64,000 bases of DNA from Adineta vaga (Eukaryota; Animalia; Rotifera), in the NCBI GenBank assembly GCA_021613535.1, contig CP075492.1:5208001-5272000 (forward strand), given 5' to 3'. The notes beneath the pieces are model-generated. The model saw nothing but the letters and a program-made list of their open reading frames with translations. It searched no databases and was not told where the DNA came from. Position 1 is the stretch's first letter; every line of letters begins with the position of its first letter. Shown in pieces: positions 50,780-61,674 of this stretch. A program made the position numbers and the translations under genes.

Positions 50780-51667
50780 TTATTTGAACACAAAGCTTAT
50801 TTTTTCAAATATGATTAATTTTAGTTGCTTGGTAAATTGAAATAGAGCAATAGTTATAAATACCATTGATGAAATAATACATATTGCAGCTGTTCGAAAA
50901 TGATATTTTGGTGGCGAAGTGAAAAATGATATCAATACCATGCCACTGTATGGTAAACCAAGTATTACTAATATAGTTACAATAACAACGATATGACGAA
51001 TCATTTTTAATTCTCTTCGTATACGATATATCCGACGTAGAATGTTCAAGTGTTCATTTCGATTTTGAACATGTCGAACTAATTTAAAATAAATTAATTG
51101 TGTTAACGCTATAGGAATCACATAAACATTCAATATCATAACGATTAAAGGGAAAGAAAATTGAAGAGGAATTTGACAAACTTGATTATCACTATTGTAG
51201 ATTATATTACCATAGAAAACAAATGGCAATGGATATAAAAAACTATATATCCATGTGATACATACAGATAAGAGATGAATTTTCATTGATTTCCAAGATG
51301 AATATGTCGGATATATAACACTTATATATCGATGTAATGCTTGTAATAGAAAAGAATAATTCATTGTAGAATATAGAACATAACTTAAATAACCACGATA
51401 AATACAAAGTGAATCTTGATAGAAAACATTCTTCCAATCATTTAGTAATGTAATGATTGCCATGTACAGAATGTTAGTTGCAAGTAAAATTTGAGCAAAA
51501 TATGTATTCGAAACTAAGATTATGGGAAGTATATGACACGTTTTATTGAAAAGGATAATTAAGAAAAATAGACTATTGAATAAGATAACGAAAATAAGAG
51601 AAATAATCATAAACATATCGAAAGGAATAAACCATATTGTAGAGATTGTTTTGGATGAGTTACTCAT
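50780..51667 (-). CDS. Rhodopsin-like GPCR, intronless
   Basis: LCIYRGYL, SFLLQALHRY..V.YP, CQIP, RRELKM and ILGLPY; 7 TM pattern. Confidence 0.85.
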   Translation of the reverse strand: MSNSSKTISTIWFIPFDMFMIISLIFVILFNSLFFLIILFNKTCHILPIILVSNTYFAQILLATNILYMAIITLLNDWKNVFYQDSLCIYRGYLSYVLYSTMNYSFLLQALHRYISVIYPTYSSWKSMKIHLLSVCITWIYSFLYPLPFVFYGNIIYNSDNQVCQIPLQFSFPLIVMILNVYVIPIALTQLIYFKLVRHVQNRNEHLNILRRIYRIRRELKMIRHIVVIVTILVILGLPYSGMVLISFFTSPPKYHFRTAAICIISSMVFITIALFQFTKQLKLIIFEKISFVFK

Positions 51668-52352
51668 GAGAAATTATACTAATGAAATGAATACGTTTGC
51701 GAAAGAGAAAATAATGACACTCATATATTTTGAATAATTTATTAGAAAAGAATATCTTTAACATGCAAAACATTATTTTCTTCTTATTATCAAGATAAAA
51801 GGTTATTCATGTATATCAATAATTTAGAATATATATCGTGACAAAACAGTAAGATTAGTCTTTATTAAATGAAATTAAAATTTCTGTTAAAATTAATTTA
51901 AAATATATGAATTGCACAGAAGCCTTTTAAAACTCTAAAAGCTATTATTTATAATTAATCGTTCGTCGTAAAAGAATCATAGGTGAATCAAACTTTAAGA
52001 TGGACACAATGGCATTCTTGTGAATCTCTGTTACATTGAAAGTTATATTTCATATCTCTTCTTTTTCTTTATGAGATTGTAAAATAATTCAAAGAACTTT
52101 CGAGCTTTTTCTTTTCGTGCTAAAAAATATCGATACTATTTTTGTCAGAACTCATAAACTGTTTTTTTGTATCAATCTCATATCATAAGACACTTTTATA
52201 ACTATATATACACTTTACTGGATCAAAGTTTATGATATAAATCAAATTCAATCTTTTTATTGATAAACTGAAGTGTAAAGAGCATATATGAATTCTTGTA
52301 CGAACAAAAGTATATAAAGTCATACTCCACCGTGCATATTTTCGATACCAAA

Positions 52353-52925
52353 ATGTACACTACTACATATACATTATTGATCTTACTTGGCGTTACCTTT
52401 ATTAATGGTCTTCCATTTGCTGACAGCAACGAAAATTCCTATGAAAATGCAATACTTAATCGTGGTGCACCAGATTGTCTTGTATGGTATTTAACGCAAG
52501 GTGATCCTCAAGAATTATTGGCTCAAACATTAAAGCCACCTTGTCATATTCCAATATCATTTCCAAAAACATTGCTTGGCGGTTGGTCTGTAGATCCAGA
52601 ATGTGATGCATCAAAACAACCAAAAACGTGTGACTATCATAAAGGTGCTTATGGTTGTTATCGTCATGCTTTTTCGTCCAGTGGACCAGGTGCTCAAGCA
52701 TGCTATGATAGAAGTGGTCAATGGATTGGAGATGTATGGAAAGGTGCTGGTACAGTCGATGCTGCAACTCCTTTGGGCGATTTTTCTCAACAAACTGCAC
52801 ATTTTCTTGTTGATGTTGCTCCTTACTACAGTTGTTGCAAAATAACATTATTCCCCAAATCTATTTGCAATTTATACTACGAGAAACGTCCACCAGGTCA
52901 ATGTGAAAATAAACCTGCCGTTTAA
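52353..52925 (+). CDS. Secreted stand-alone AMOP-domain protein
   Basis: Signal peptide MYTTTYTLLILLGVTFING; C..W...PPC, DPEC, YHKGAYGCYR, QACYD..G, GAGT.D, D..PY..CC, C..Y...RP...C. Confidence 0.75.
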   Translation: MYTTTYTLLILLGVTFINGLPFADSNENSYENAILNRGAPDCLVWYLTQGDPQELLAQTLKPPCHIPISFPKTLLGGWSVDPECDASKQPKTCDYHKGAYGCYRHAFSSSGPGAQACYDRSGQWIGDVWKGAGTVDAATPLGDFSQQTAHFLVDVAPYYSCCKITLFPKSICNLYYEKRPPGQCENKPAV

Positions 52926-53299
52926 AAGACTTCTGCAATGCATGATACAATAAAGAACTTTCTTTTTCAACAAATTACAGTCTTTTTTTCTAAACTATGA
53001 TCAACGAATCAATTGAAAATAAATGACTAACATATGTCGTTTTACTGTATGGAAATTCAATATCTTTTTTAAGAAGTAATTGATTCGAAAACGAGACCTT
53101 TCTATATAATGTCTTCGAACAATTGAGGATGCACATTTTCACTGTTGTTAGAGTGAGATAGATATACTGTCTTTGTTTGATTGACCGTCTTTTTAATTTA
53201 ATACTGAGCATTTCTTGACACTAAGTCACTGTGACATAATCTCTCTTAAGATGAAAGAGAATGTAAACATACATATAATACTCTTTTCTTTCGTATCTA

Positions 53300-53700
53300 T
53301 TTCAATGAGCAACATTATTCCCATTAATTAATCATATTATTTTATTGGTTTGTTTGGTCATATATTGAGTATTTACGTTTTTAGACACTCTACATTTCAT
53401 TGGAATCCATGTGCATATTGTTTTCTGGCATCTGTCATATCTGCCCTTGGTAAGATTGTTGTCAATATTCCATTGAGATTATTTCAAGCTATCTACAATA
53501 CTGATGTGTTTCTATCTTCGAATAGGATGTGTCAATTTTTATACGTGTCTCACAGATTTCTTTGCAGTTCAGCATCTTTTACTGTTCGTAGATGGAGTGA
53601 CATACGCGTTGCTTACCGTTCGATTTTATTGATCCATATACAGTAAGTTTTTATCTATTTGTAGTGGCAAGTAAAATGTTTCGTCGCGACAACGACATGG
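53300..53700 (+). pseudogene. GPCR fragment
   Basis: IGLFGHILSIYVF...NPCAYCFLAS...SSASFTVRRWS, lacking most of the TM segments. Confidence 0.6.
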
Positions 53701-54104
53701 GGAAAGAATTGCAAACAATATTGCTATGAAAGCAAGTGAAAAAAGAAAGTAATCATTCGTTCTCGAAATATAATGATACTATAATCATATACGAAATAAG
53801 CATTCTACTTTTTCAAGACAAAGAGATTTGATTGTGAAAACAACCCGGTATTTTTCTCTTATGTTTGGCAATAAGAATGAAAGAGGAGTTTTTGAAGATT
53901 TATTTTGTCTTTTTTCTACATTGTGACAAATTGTGCACGACTAATTGTCCCATAACTAATTGCTTTCATGTCATCTTAAAATAAAATGCGCAATTCAATC
54001 TATCGTTTCTTATTTGCTTTCGAAGACAAAGTATAACTGAAATTTTCTCTTTCATTATATTTGCCTTTTATTTCTTATCTATATATTCACAGCTCTTCTG
54101 CAAC

Positions 54105-55547
54105 TTGAATTCACATATGCTCATTTCAAACAATATACGATTAACCGTTTGTCGCATGGCCAGTACAATGACATCCATGATGCAAATATCTACTAAACCA
54201 GAAGGTGATGTTTCATCCGTGTTTGCGTCTCTCTCAGGTGACGACATGAATAAACCACTTGAACCTCGGTTTGCTCAATTAAAAAAACAAATCGTTCAAG
54301 ATCATGAAGAACAAGTTAGAGACAGTTGGTTTCGTTTGTTAGTCGCTTTAAAACGTGAAATAGCTGTTATTCGTAATTCAAAGCAATCCATCATTCCTGA
54401 AGTTAATTTCAATGACATACATAATCTTTCCGAAAATATTCGAAATGATATCCGAACTCGTGGCGTTATGGTTGTTCGTGGTGTCTTATCTGAAGCTTTT
54501 GCATTAAAATTAAAAGCTGATGTGAAAAATTATATTAAACAAAATCCACATACAAAAGCATTTCCACAAGATAAACCTGTTGTCTACGAAATGTATTGGT
54601 CACCCGAACAGATTCTTGCTCGTTCGGATTCTCGAGTTCTTCAAGCATTAACATTTGCGAATTCATTTTGGCATGCTTCACCTTCTACACATGTTTGTTT
54701 GAAAGAGAATATAATGTATGTTGATCGTTTACGAATTCGTCAACCAGGTGATACTCAATTTGCTCTTGGACCACATGTAGATGGTGGGGGCATCGAGAGA
54801 TGGGAAGATGCCGAATATCGATCATGCTATTCATCTATTTTTCAAGGTAGTTGGGAAGAAAATGATCTTTTCGATGCTACACATCGTGTTCGTGCACACA
54901 TGTCTCTCTACAATGCAGCCGGTGGTTGTTCGGCTTTTCGTTCTTGGCAAGGTTGGCTTAGTCTTTCCACTGTCAATCCAGGTGAAGGAGGACTATTAGT
55001 TAATCCACTCTTGAAATTCACTACGCCTTATTGGCTTCTTCGACCTTTCTTTAAGAAAACACAACAGAATAGTTCTTGGGAAATGGATATTACTTCAAGT
55101 GTATGGCCAGGTGCTGTTCCTGGTCGTGGACAAGAAATGAATGATTCACTGCATCCGGATCTCGAATTTTCAACTTCAATGGTTTCAATTCCTACGGTAT
55201 ATCCAGGTGATATGGTTTTTTGGCATTGTGATGCAATTCATGCCGTAGATTCTGTTCACTGTGGACAAATGGATTCAAGTGTTTTCTATATACCAGCAGC
55301 ACCTCTATGTGAAATTAATGCACAATATCTTGGTCAACAACGTCATTCTCTCGAGCACGGTATCCCACCACCTGATTTTCCTGGTGGTGAAGGTGAATCA
55401 CGTCATGTTGGAAGAGGAAGCCCTCATAACATTAAAACAACCGAAGGTAAACGTGCAATGGGTTTCGAATCATTCGAAATCAAATCTTATATGACAGAAG
55501 GTGAAAAAGAAATGATCACAAAAGCTAATCATATTTTAAATTTATAA
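54105..55547 (+). CDS. DUF1479 (YbiU / Gig2-like) clavaminate-synthase-fold oxygenase, intronless
   Basis: EGDVSSVFASL, YWSPEQ, YVDRLRIR, LGPHVDGG.IERWED, FRSWQGW, PGDMVFWHCDAIHAV and PPPDF. The true start is probably the ATG at 54117 or 54156. Confidence 0.9.
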   Translation: MNSHMLISNNIRLTVCRMASTMTSMMQISTKPEGDVSSVFASLSGDDMNKPLEPRFAQLKKQIVQDHEEQVRDSWFRLLVALKREIAVIRNSKQSIIPEVNFNDIHNLSENIRNDIRTRGVMVVRGVLSEAFALKLKADVKNYIKQNPHTKAFPQDKPVVYEMYWSPEQILARSDSRVLQALTFANSFWHASPSTHVCLKENIMYVDRLRIRQPGDTQFALGPHVDGGGIERWEDAEYRSCYSSIFQGSWEENDLFDATHRVRAHMSLYNAAGGCSAFRSWQGWLSLSTVNPGEGGLLVNPLLKFTTPYWLLRPFFKKTQQNSSWEMDITSSVWPGAVPGRGQEMNDSLHPDLEFSTSMVSIPTVYPGDMVFWHCDAIHAVDSVHCGQMDSSVFYIPAAPLCEINAQYLGQQRHSLEHGIPPPDFPGGEGESRHVGRGSPHNIKTTEGKRAMGFESFEIKSYMTEGEKEMITKANHILNL

Positions 55548-55639
55548 AATTTTGTGAAATATTATACTCGTAATTCTATACAAATGTGACAATCTATAAT
55601 CTATTTTCTACAATAAATAAAGAATATTAAATATCAACT

Positions 55640-56230
55640 GATTAGTTTTTTTATTGAAAAATCTTTCCAATAGTAATATAAGTAATCTCTTCATTCATGT
55701 ACCCACACCCACACTCTTATATATATTCCAATATACCATTGATGTTCTCTCTGTCGAAAATTTGGACCGAAATAAGTATAAACAAGATAGAAGATGTGTG
55801 ATCAAATTTTCCCAACTGTCAACATTCACATCTAAATTGTCGTTCTCACTAATGAACCAATAACTTCTCAAATATGGTATTTGTCTTGCGAACCTTTTAA
55901 AAGACTTCAAATTCATCATCAAATCTGTTTAATAATAAATTGATTCAGATAATCATTTTGTCGACAATGAAAATTTTTGTTATACTTCTTGCTCTCAAAA
56001 TCAGTAATTCATTTAATATGCAGATAATTTAGCGCGGAAAAATCTTCTAAAACTCTTTTGCAGAACATTGGGAAATTGCAGATTGATGAATCTTTTGTAA
56101 ATATTTGATATTGATCAAATTAATTTCATTAATAGTAGATCAGTCTCATTGATTTTAAGATATCGATCATCATTCGAGTTTGATCATACAGGTTCTTCAC
56201 CTAAATAACGCAATTATTAACAAAAATATT
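55640..56230 (-). pseudogene. Decayed F-box/LRR family fragment
   Basis: QIPYLRS...VDSWENLITHLLSCLYLFRSKFS resembles the WExLI...FxF motif in the intact paralogs. Confidence 0.5.
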
Positions 56231-57114
56231 TCAAGATTAGAAAATTGATTTAGCAAATATTGAAGAAGTATTTTATTTGGTAGAATTTCAGAACACATTA
56301 TTTTTGTTTGTCTCTCATTCTGTTAAAGATAAACTGTGTATGAATAGTGTTAAATAGACGGATCAAGATAGAAATTGTCATTGAAATTTTTAAGCTGTTC
56401 AATTATCCATGTGACTAATTGTATAGATCCCTAATCGCAGATGTGACAAATGCTTCTAACAGCTTTTAATATGTTCGCCTGAAGCAAATTACATAATTAT
56501 AAGCACATTTATGGACTTTGAAAGTGTCATACGTAAATGAGAAGAATGTTATCTTCATCTTTTCGTTACGCATGATGTTTTACTTTAAACCATGCTTGTT
56601 TTAAAGTACAAAATCAGAAGCCGGTTTTATGTTCTGGAGAAAAGGACATAAGAGAAAAAACGTTTGTTTATCTTAGTATCGCATCTAGTAATTTTGTCTA
56701 ATTTGAATACTCTCTGAAACGTTTAACAAAAAACAGTATTCGAACAAGATTTGAGAAGAGAACAGTAAACACATCTAGTCTATTGTTACAAATTATAATT
56801 CGACTTCGATCCTGTAAATGAATTGAATAGGAGAAAAAGAAAGAACGAAAGAGAGAGATAAATGGACATGCTCGATTACGCCATATCCTCCGTTACAATC
56901 TCGTTCCATAAACTGTATCGAGAACGAACATATGCACCCATCCGCCACGAGAACGAGCGAGAAAAAGAAACATTTGTTATCTTAATTTACGATCTACTGA
57001 CTAGTCTGAAATTTGTTTGATTGGTTTCTTCTTGAACAAAAGTAAAATAACGCATATAAAATAAGCAGATGAATGTCAACGAACAGTAGCCATTTATGAT
57101 TTCAAATTGTATCA

Positions 57115-60100
57115 ATGTCGGAATACGAGTGGAAAGAAAATTCACCGAAATCAAGCTGGACTGGTTTCTTTAAGCGAGGTGTTGTTAATCGTCAGTCAGC
57201 ACCATACCTGAAAACATCTCCACCAGTACCGGTATCAACACGTAACAATCGTCGAAGTAATAGTCTTCGTCCATCTCTACGTGTTGTTGGTGTAAATGAT
57301 TCAGAAGATAATCCTAGTAATGTTCTAAAGCGAGATCGTATTGCTTGGCAAACAATATCTCAACATTTATCCCTTCAATTGCAACAAAGACGTCGATCTG
57401 AATGGGCAAAGAATTATAGTCAAACACAATCATCGAATGGCGATACTAACAAACAAGTTATCCATCGAAATGATAAGATTGATCAATTGAAAGATCCATC
57501 AACAATCATTCGAAAAAAATCATCACCATTGGTTAGCAAAACAGTCGATTCTGTCTTAGAATTGGAAAATGATACTTCAGAAGAGACAACATTATTGAAA
57601 ACCGATGTACACATTGTACCGTTAGAGAAATTAACTGAACGATTCAATACTGATTTGACAAATGGTTTGACAGATGAAATGGTAGCACAACATCGTACGA
57701 GTTATGGTGCGAATAAACTCACACAATCAAGTCCACCAAGTTTCTTATGGATGCTAATCAAACAACTTGTGATCGGCTTCAATGGTATCCTATGGATTGC
57801 GGCTCTTTTCGCTTTTCTTAGCTACGTAAGCACATTCTATTATTGTTTTTCTTATCTTTAACAATGCCAATCATAGAACTTATTTTTTATTATAGAAACC
57901 ATTCGGTGAACCCAATCCGGATATAAGCAATTTAGGTTTAGGTGTCATTCTTGTTTTGGTTATTATTTCCAATGCATTGTTTAACTTCTATCAAGAAATA
58001 AAATCAATGAAAATTGTTGCCTCATTTTCAAAAATGCAACCAAGTATTACTACTGTAAAACGAAATGGTATTGAATTACAAGTCAATGCAGAGGAACTAG
58101 TACCTGGAGATATCGTTCGTATACGTCTCGGTGAAAAAGTTCCGGCTGATTGTCGATTGATATCATGTGATGATCTTCAAGTGAACACGTCGGAATTAAC
58201 TGGTGAATCAGCACCTGTAAGTTGTACAATCAAATGCACGGATCGAAATATTATGGAATCGACAAATATCATCTTTTACTCATCATTGGTCGTTCAAGGA
58301 ACAGGTGAAGCAATAGTTGTTCATACTGGTGATTCAACTGTACTTGGGCAAGTTGGTAAAATGACACGTGGTACTGGTGAATCAGAAATCACTGGACTTC
58401 ATCGTGAAATCAATCGATTCGTCGTATTTGTTATTATTGCAGCATTCATATCTATTATTCTTCTATGGATTACTTGGGCTGCTTGGTTAAATATTAAACA
58501 AAATGGATATATCACTGTTAATGGTTAGAAACCAAAAAAATAAAGATTTATATAGATTTTATTAAAGTTTTCTTTTAGGAAATATTGTTAACTCAATCGG
58601 TATGATTGTATGTTTTATTCCTGAAGGTTTACCAGCTGCTGTTACACTTGTATTAACTATTGTTGCAAAACGTATGTATAAACAAAAGGTTATGGTGAAA
58701 TCTCTTGCAACTGTAGAAACATTCAATTCTGTTTCGGTAAGTCATTCTATATTATCTTTTGAAAAGAATCCTGATTTATTGAATTAATAAAAATCAGGTC
58801 ATCGCTACAGATAAAACAGGAACATTGACAATGAATCAAATGACAATTACAACTCTACTATGGGGAAATCATGGAGAATATTTAGTTCCTATTCATAATA
58901 ATCAAGAACAAGATACTGCAACAGAAAATGCACAATCTACAAACAATCGAAAACGATCATCATTAGATTCAACAAATACTCCCAGTGCTATGAAAGATCT
59001 CATTCTTGGTTCTTGTCTTTGTAACAATGCTGCAAAACAATCGACCACAAATAATATTGATAAGAATGGAAGTGATAATTCAGCACTTGATACTCATAAT
59101 GATAATGTTTCGTTACAGACAACTCAATTAGTAGGAGATGCAGCTGATGTAGCATTGTATCGTTTATGTTCAGACAAATGTTCAGTCAATGTTGAACAAG
59201 TAAAAAAGGTCAATCCACGTATTAATATTGTTCCATTTAATTCAAAAAATAAATTTATGATCACTGCAAATCTTCTTCAAAAGACATCCACCGATGATAA
59301 TGAAGATGGAAATGTGCTTATTACAGTGAAAGGTGCACCAGATTTTGTTCTTTCTCGATGTTCAACTTACAAGCAAGATGATGATACTAATGAACTATTA
59401 CCAATAACAGATGAATTTCGAAATTCTGTTCAAGAACGACAAGAAACACTTGGAAAATCTGGATATCGAGTCATTGCAATGCTTCAACAGAGAATGAAAA
59501 AATGTCAATACGATCGTTTAATTGAAACATACAAAGAAAGTAAAATTCGACGACAACAATCTCAACAAGAAATCATATCTGATGAACCTGATCTTAATGG
59601 TTTACCAACAAATAATTATTGTTTTATTGGTATATAAACATTTGCTTCTAATAAACAAAGAAAAAAAGATAATATTTAAATTCTTTTTAGGTATGTTCTC
59701 ATTACTTGATCCAGCTCGTCCTGAAGTACCCGATGCTGTTGTTAAAGCCCGCCGTGCTCATATTCGTGTTGCTATGGTTACAGGTGATCATCCAACAACA
59801 GCAACTGCTATTGCAAAAAAAGTTAATATTTTCTCCAAAGAAATTAGTATCGATGGTGGTATTGATTCGTTCAAAATGGAACTCAATAATAGAATGAATC
59901 GTCCACAAGCACATTTTATGCGTAATACGAATACATTACTTGAAACTCACATTATTAGTGAGGTGAAAACATCTATTAATACCAAAGGTATCCAATCAAT
60001 TTCAAAGTCACAAATTAAATCAAATATTTTTAAACGTATGTGGGCTCGTATTTTATTTTATTTACAAGATCCAAATCAAGTTAAAGATATTGATAAAATC

Positions 60101-61376
60101 AAACTAATTCCTTATGGTGTTGTTGTCTCAGGTACTGATATTCATTCAATGGATGTAAGTCACATACGTTTTTTAACATTTCATTTGTAATATCAATGTT
60201 TTTTTTATGAATTATTCGTAGGATTATATGTGGAATTGGGTTTTATCACATCAAGAGATTGTCTTTGCTCGAACATCACCTGAACAGAAATTACGTACTG
60301 TTATGGAATTTTCCAAACGTGGTGAGATTGTTGCAGTAACCGGTGATGGAACAAACGATGCACCAGCACTTAAACAAGCCGATTTAGGTGTTGCAATGGC
60401 AGCTGGAACAGATGTAGCTAAAGAAGCTGGTGATATGATCTTACTCGATAATAATTTTTCATCAATTATTAAGGCAATTGAAACTGGTCGATTATTAAGT
60501 GATAATCTGAAAAAAGTTGCCATCTATCTCTTACCTGGAGGTAACTATTTGATTTGATTACAAGATAAACTAATTCGTTTTTTATGTTTGTATAATATTA
60601 GGTTCATGGTCAGAAGTAATTCCGGTCTTCTTTGCTACTTGGCTTGGTATTCCACTTTCATTATCTCTTTTTCTGGCCGTTATTTTTTGTATGTTCAATG
60701 ATGTTGTGAATGCATTGGCAATGGTTTCCGAAAAAGCTGAACATGATATTATGTCTCGTGCACCTGCTAGTCGTCATAAAACTCATCTACTTGACTGGAA
60801 ATTACTTGTTCATGCTTATTTAATCGTCGGTAATATCGAATGTTTTGCTGCTTTCTTTTGTTTCTTCTGGTATTATTCATCACAAAGTAAATTTTTTCTT
60901 CCTCGTAATGATAAAAATATTTTGATAAGAATTATTTATTGATAGATATTCCTTTGAGTAGCATCTTTTTTACATATGCCAACTATGGTACAAATCCTCC
61001 GATTAATAAAACATCTAATGAACTATTACTTGTGCAAGAAAATGGTCAATGTATTTATTACATAGCATTGTGTATAATGCAAATGTTCAATTTACTTACA
61101 ACACGTACTCGACATTTGTCATTCTTTCAACATAATCCATTCTTTGGCAAAGCACGTAATTTGACTATTCTTATTGGTATTATCTTTTCAGCTGCGGTTG
61201 GTCTTGTTATTACATTAGTACCATGGTTCAATTCAGTCTTTAAAACAGAACCAGTCCCAGTTAAATATGTTTGTCCAGCATTAGGTTTTGGTGCTGCATT
61301 ATTTCTTTTTGATGAAATACGAAAATTCTTCGTACGACGTTATCCAAAATCATTTATAGCCAAAATGGCTTGGTAA
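57115..61376 (+). CDS. P-type ATPase, Na+/K+-like (P2C), non-canonical; multi-exon
   Basis: [22 protein letters not shown] (spliced at 58797), [34 protein letters not shown]; C-terminus KMAW. Confidence 0.92.
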
Positions 61377-61674
61377 AATCAACTGACGATGAAGAAAACG
61401 GAACAGATGGTTAGACTCTTCTCTCTAAGCTTAATCAAATAATAAATATTTACTTTCTTTAAAATAAAATTTAATTAATATTTATATTCTTACTACGAAA
61501 ACAGAGTGTGGGTGTGTTTACTTTAAAAGAAAAATCATTCTAAGACGTTCATCCGCATAGACCGTAAAAGAAATCTTGTCAATGATAGTATCATAGCAAA
61601 TAAATAGAATCTCAGAACGATTCGTATCTGTTTAAAATAAAAATTAGTTTCTATTATTCCGAAGTTATATATAT

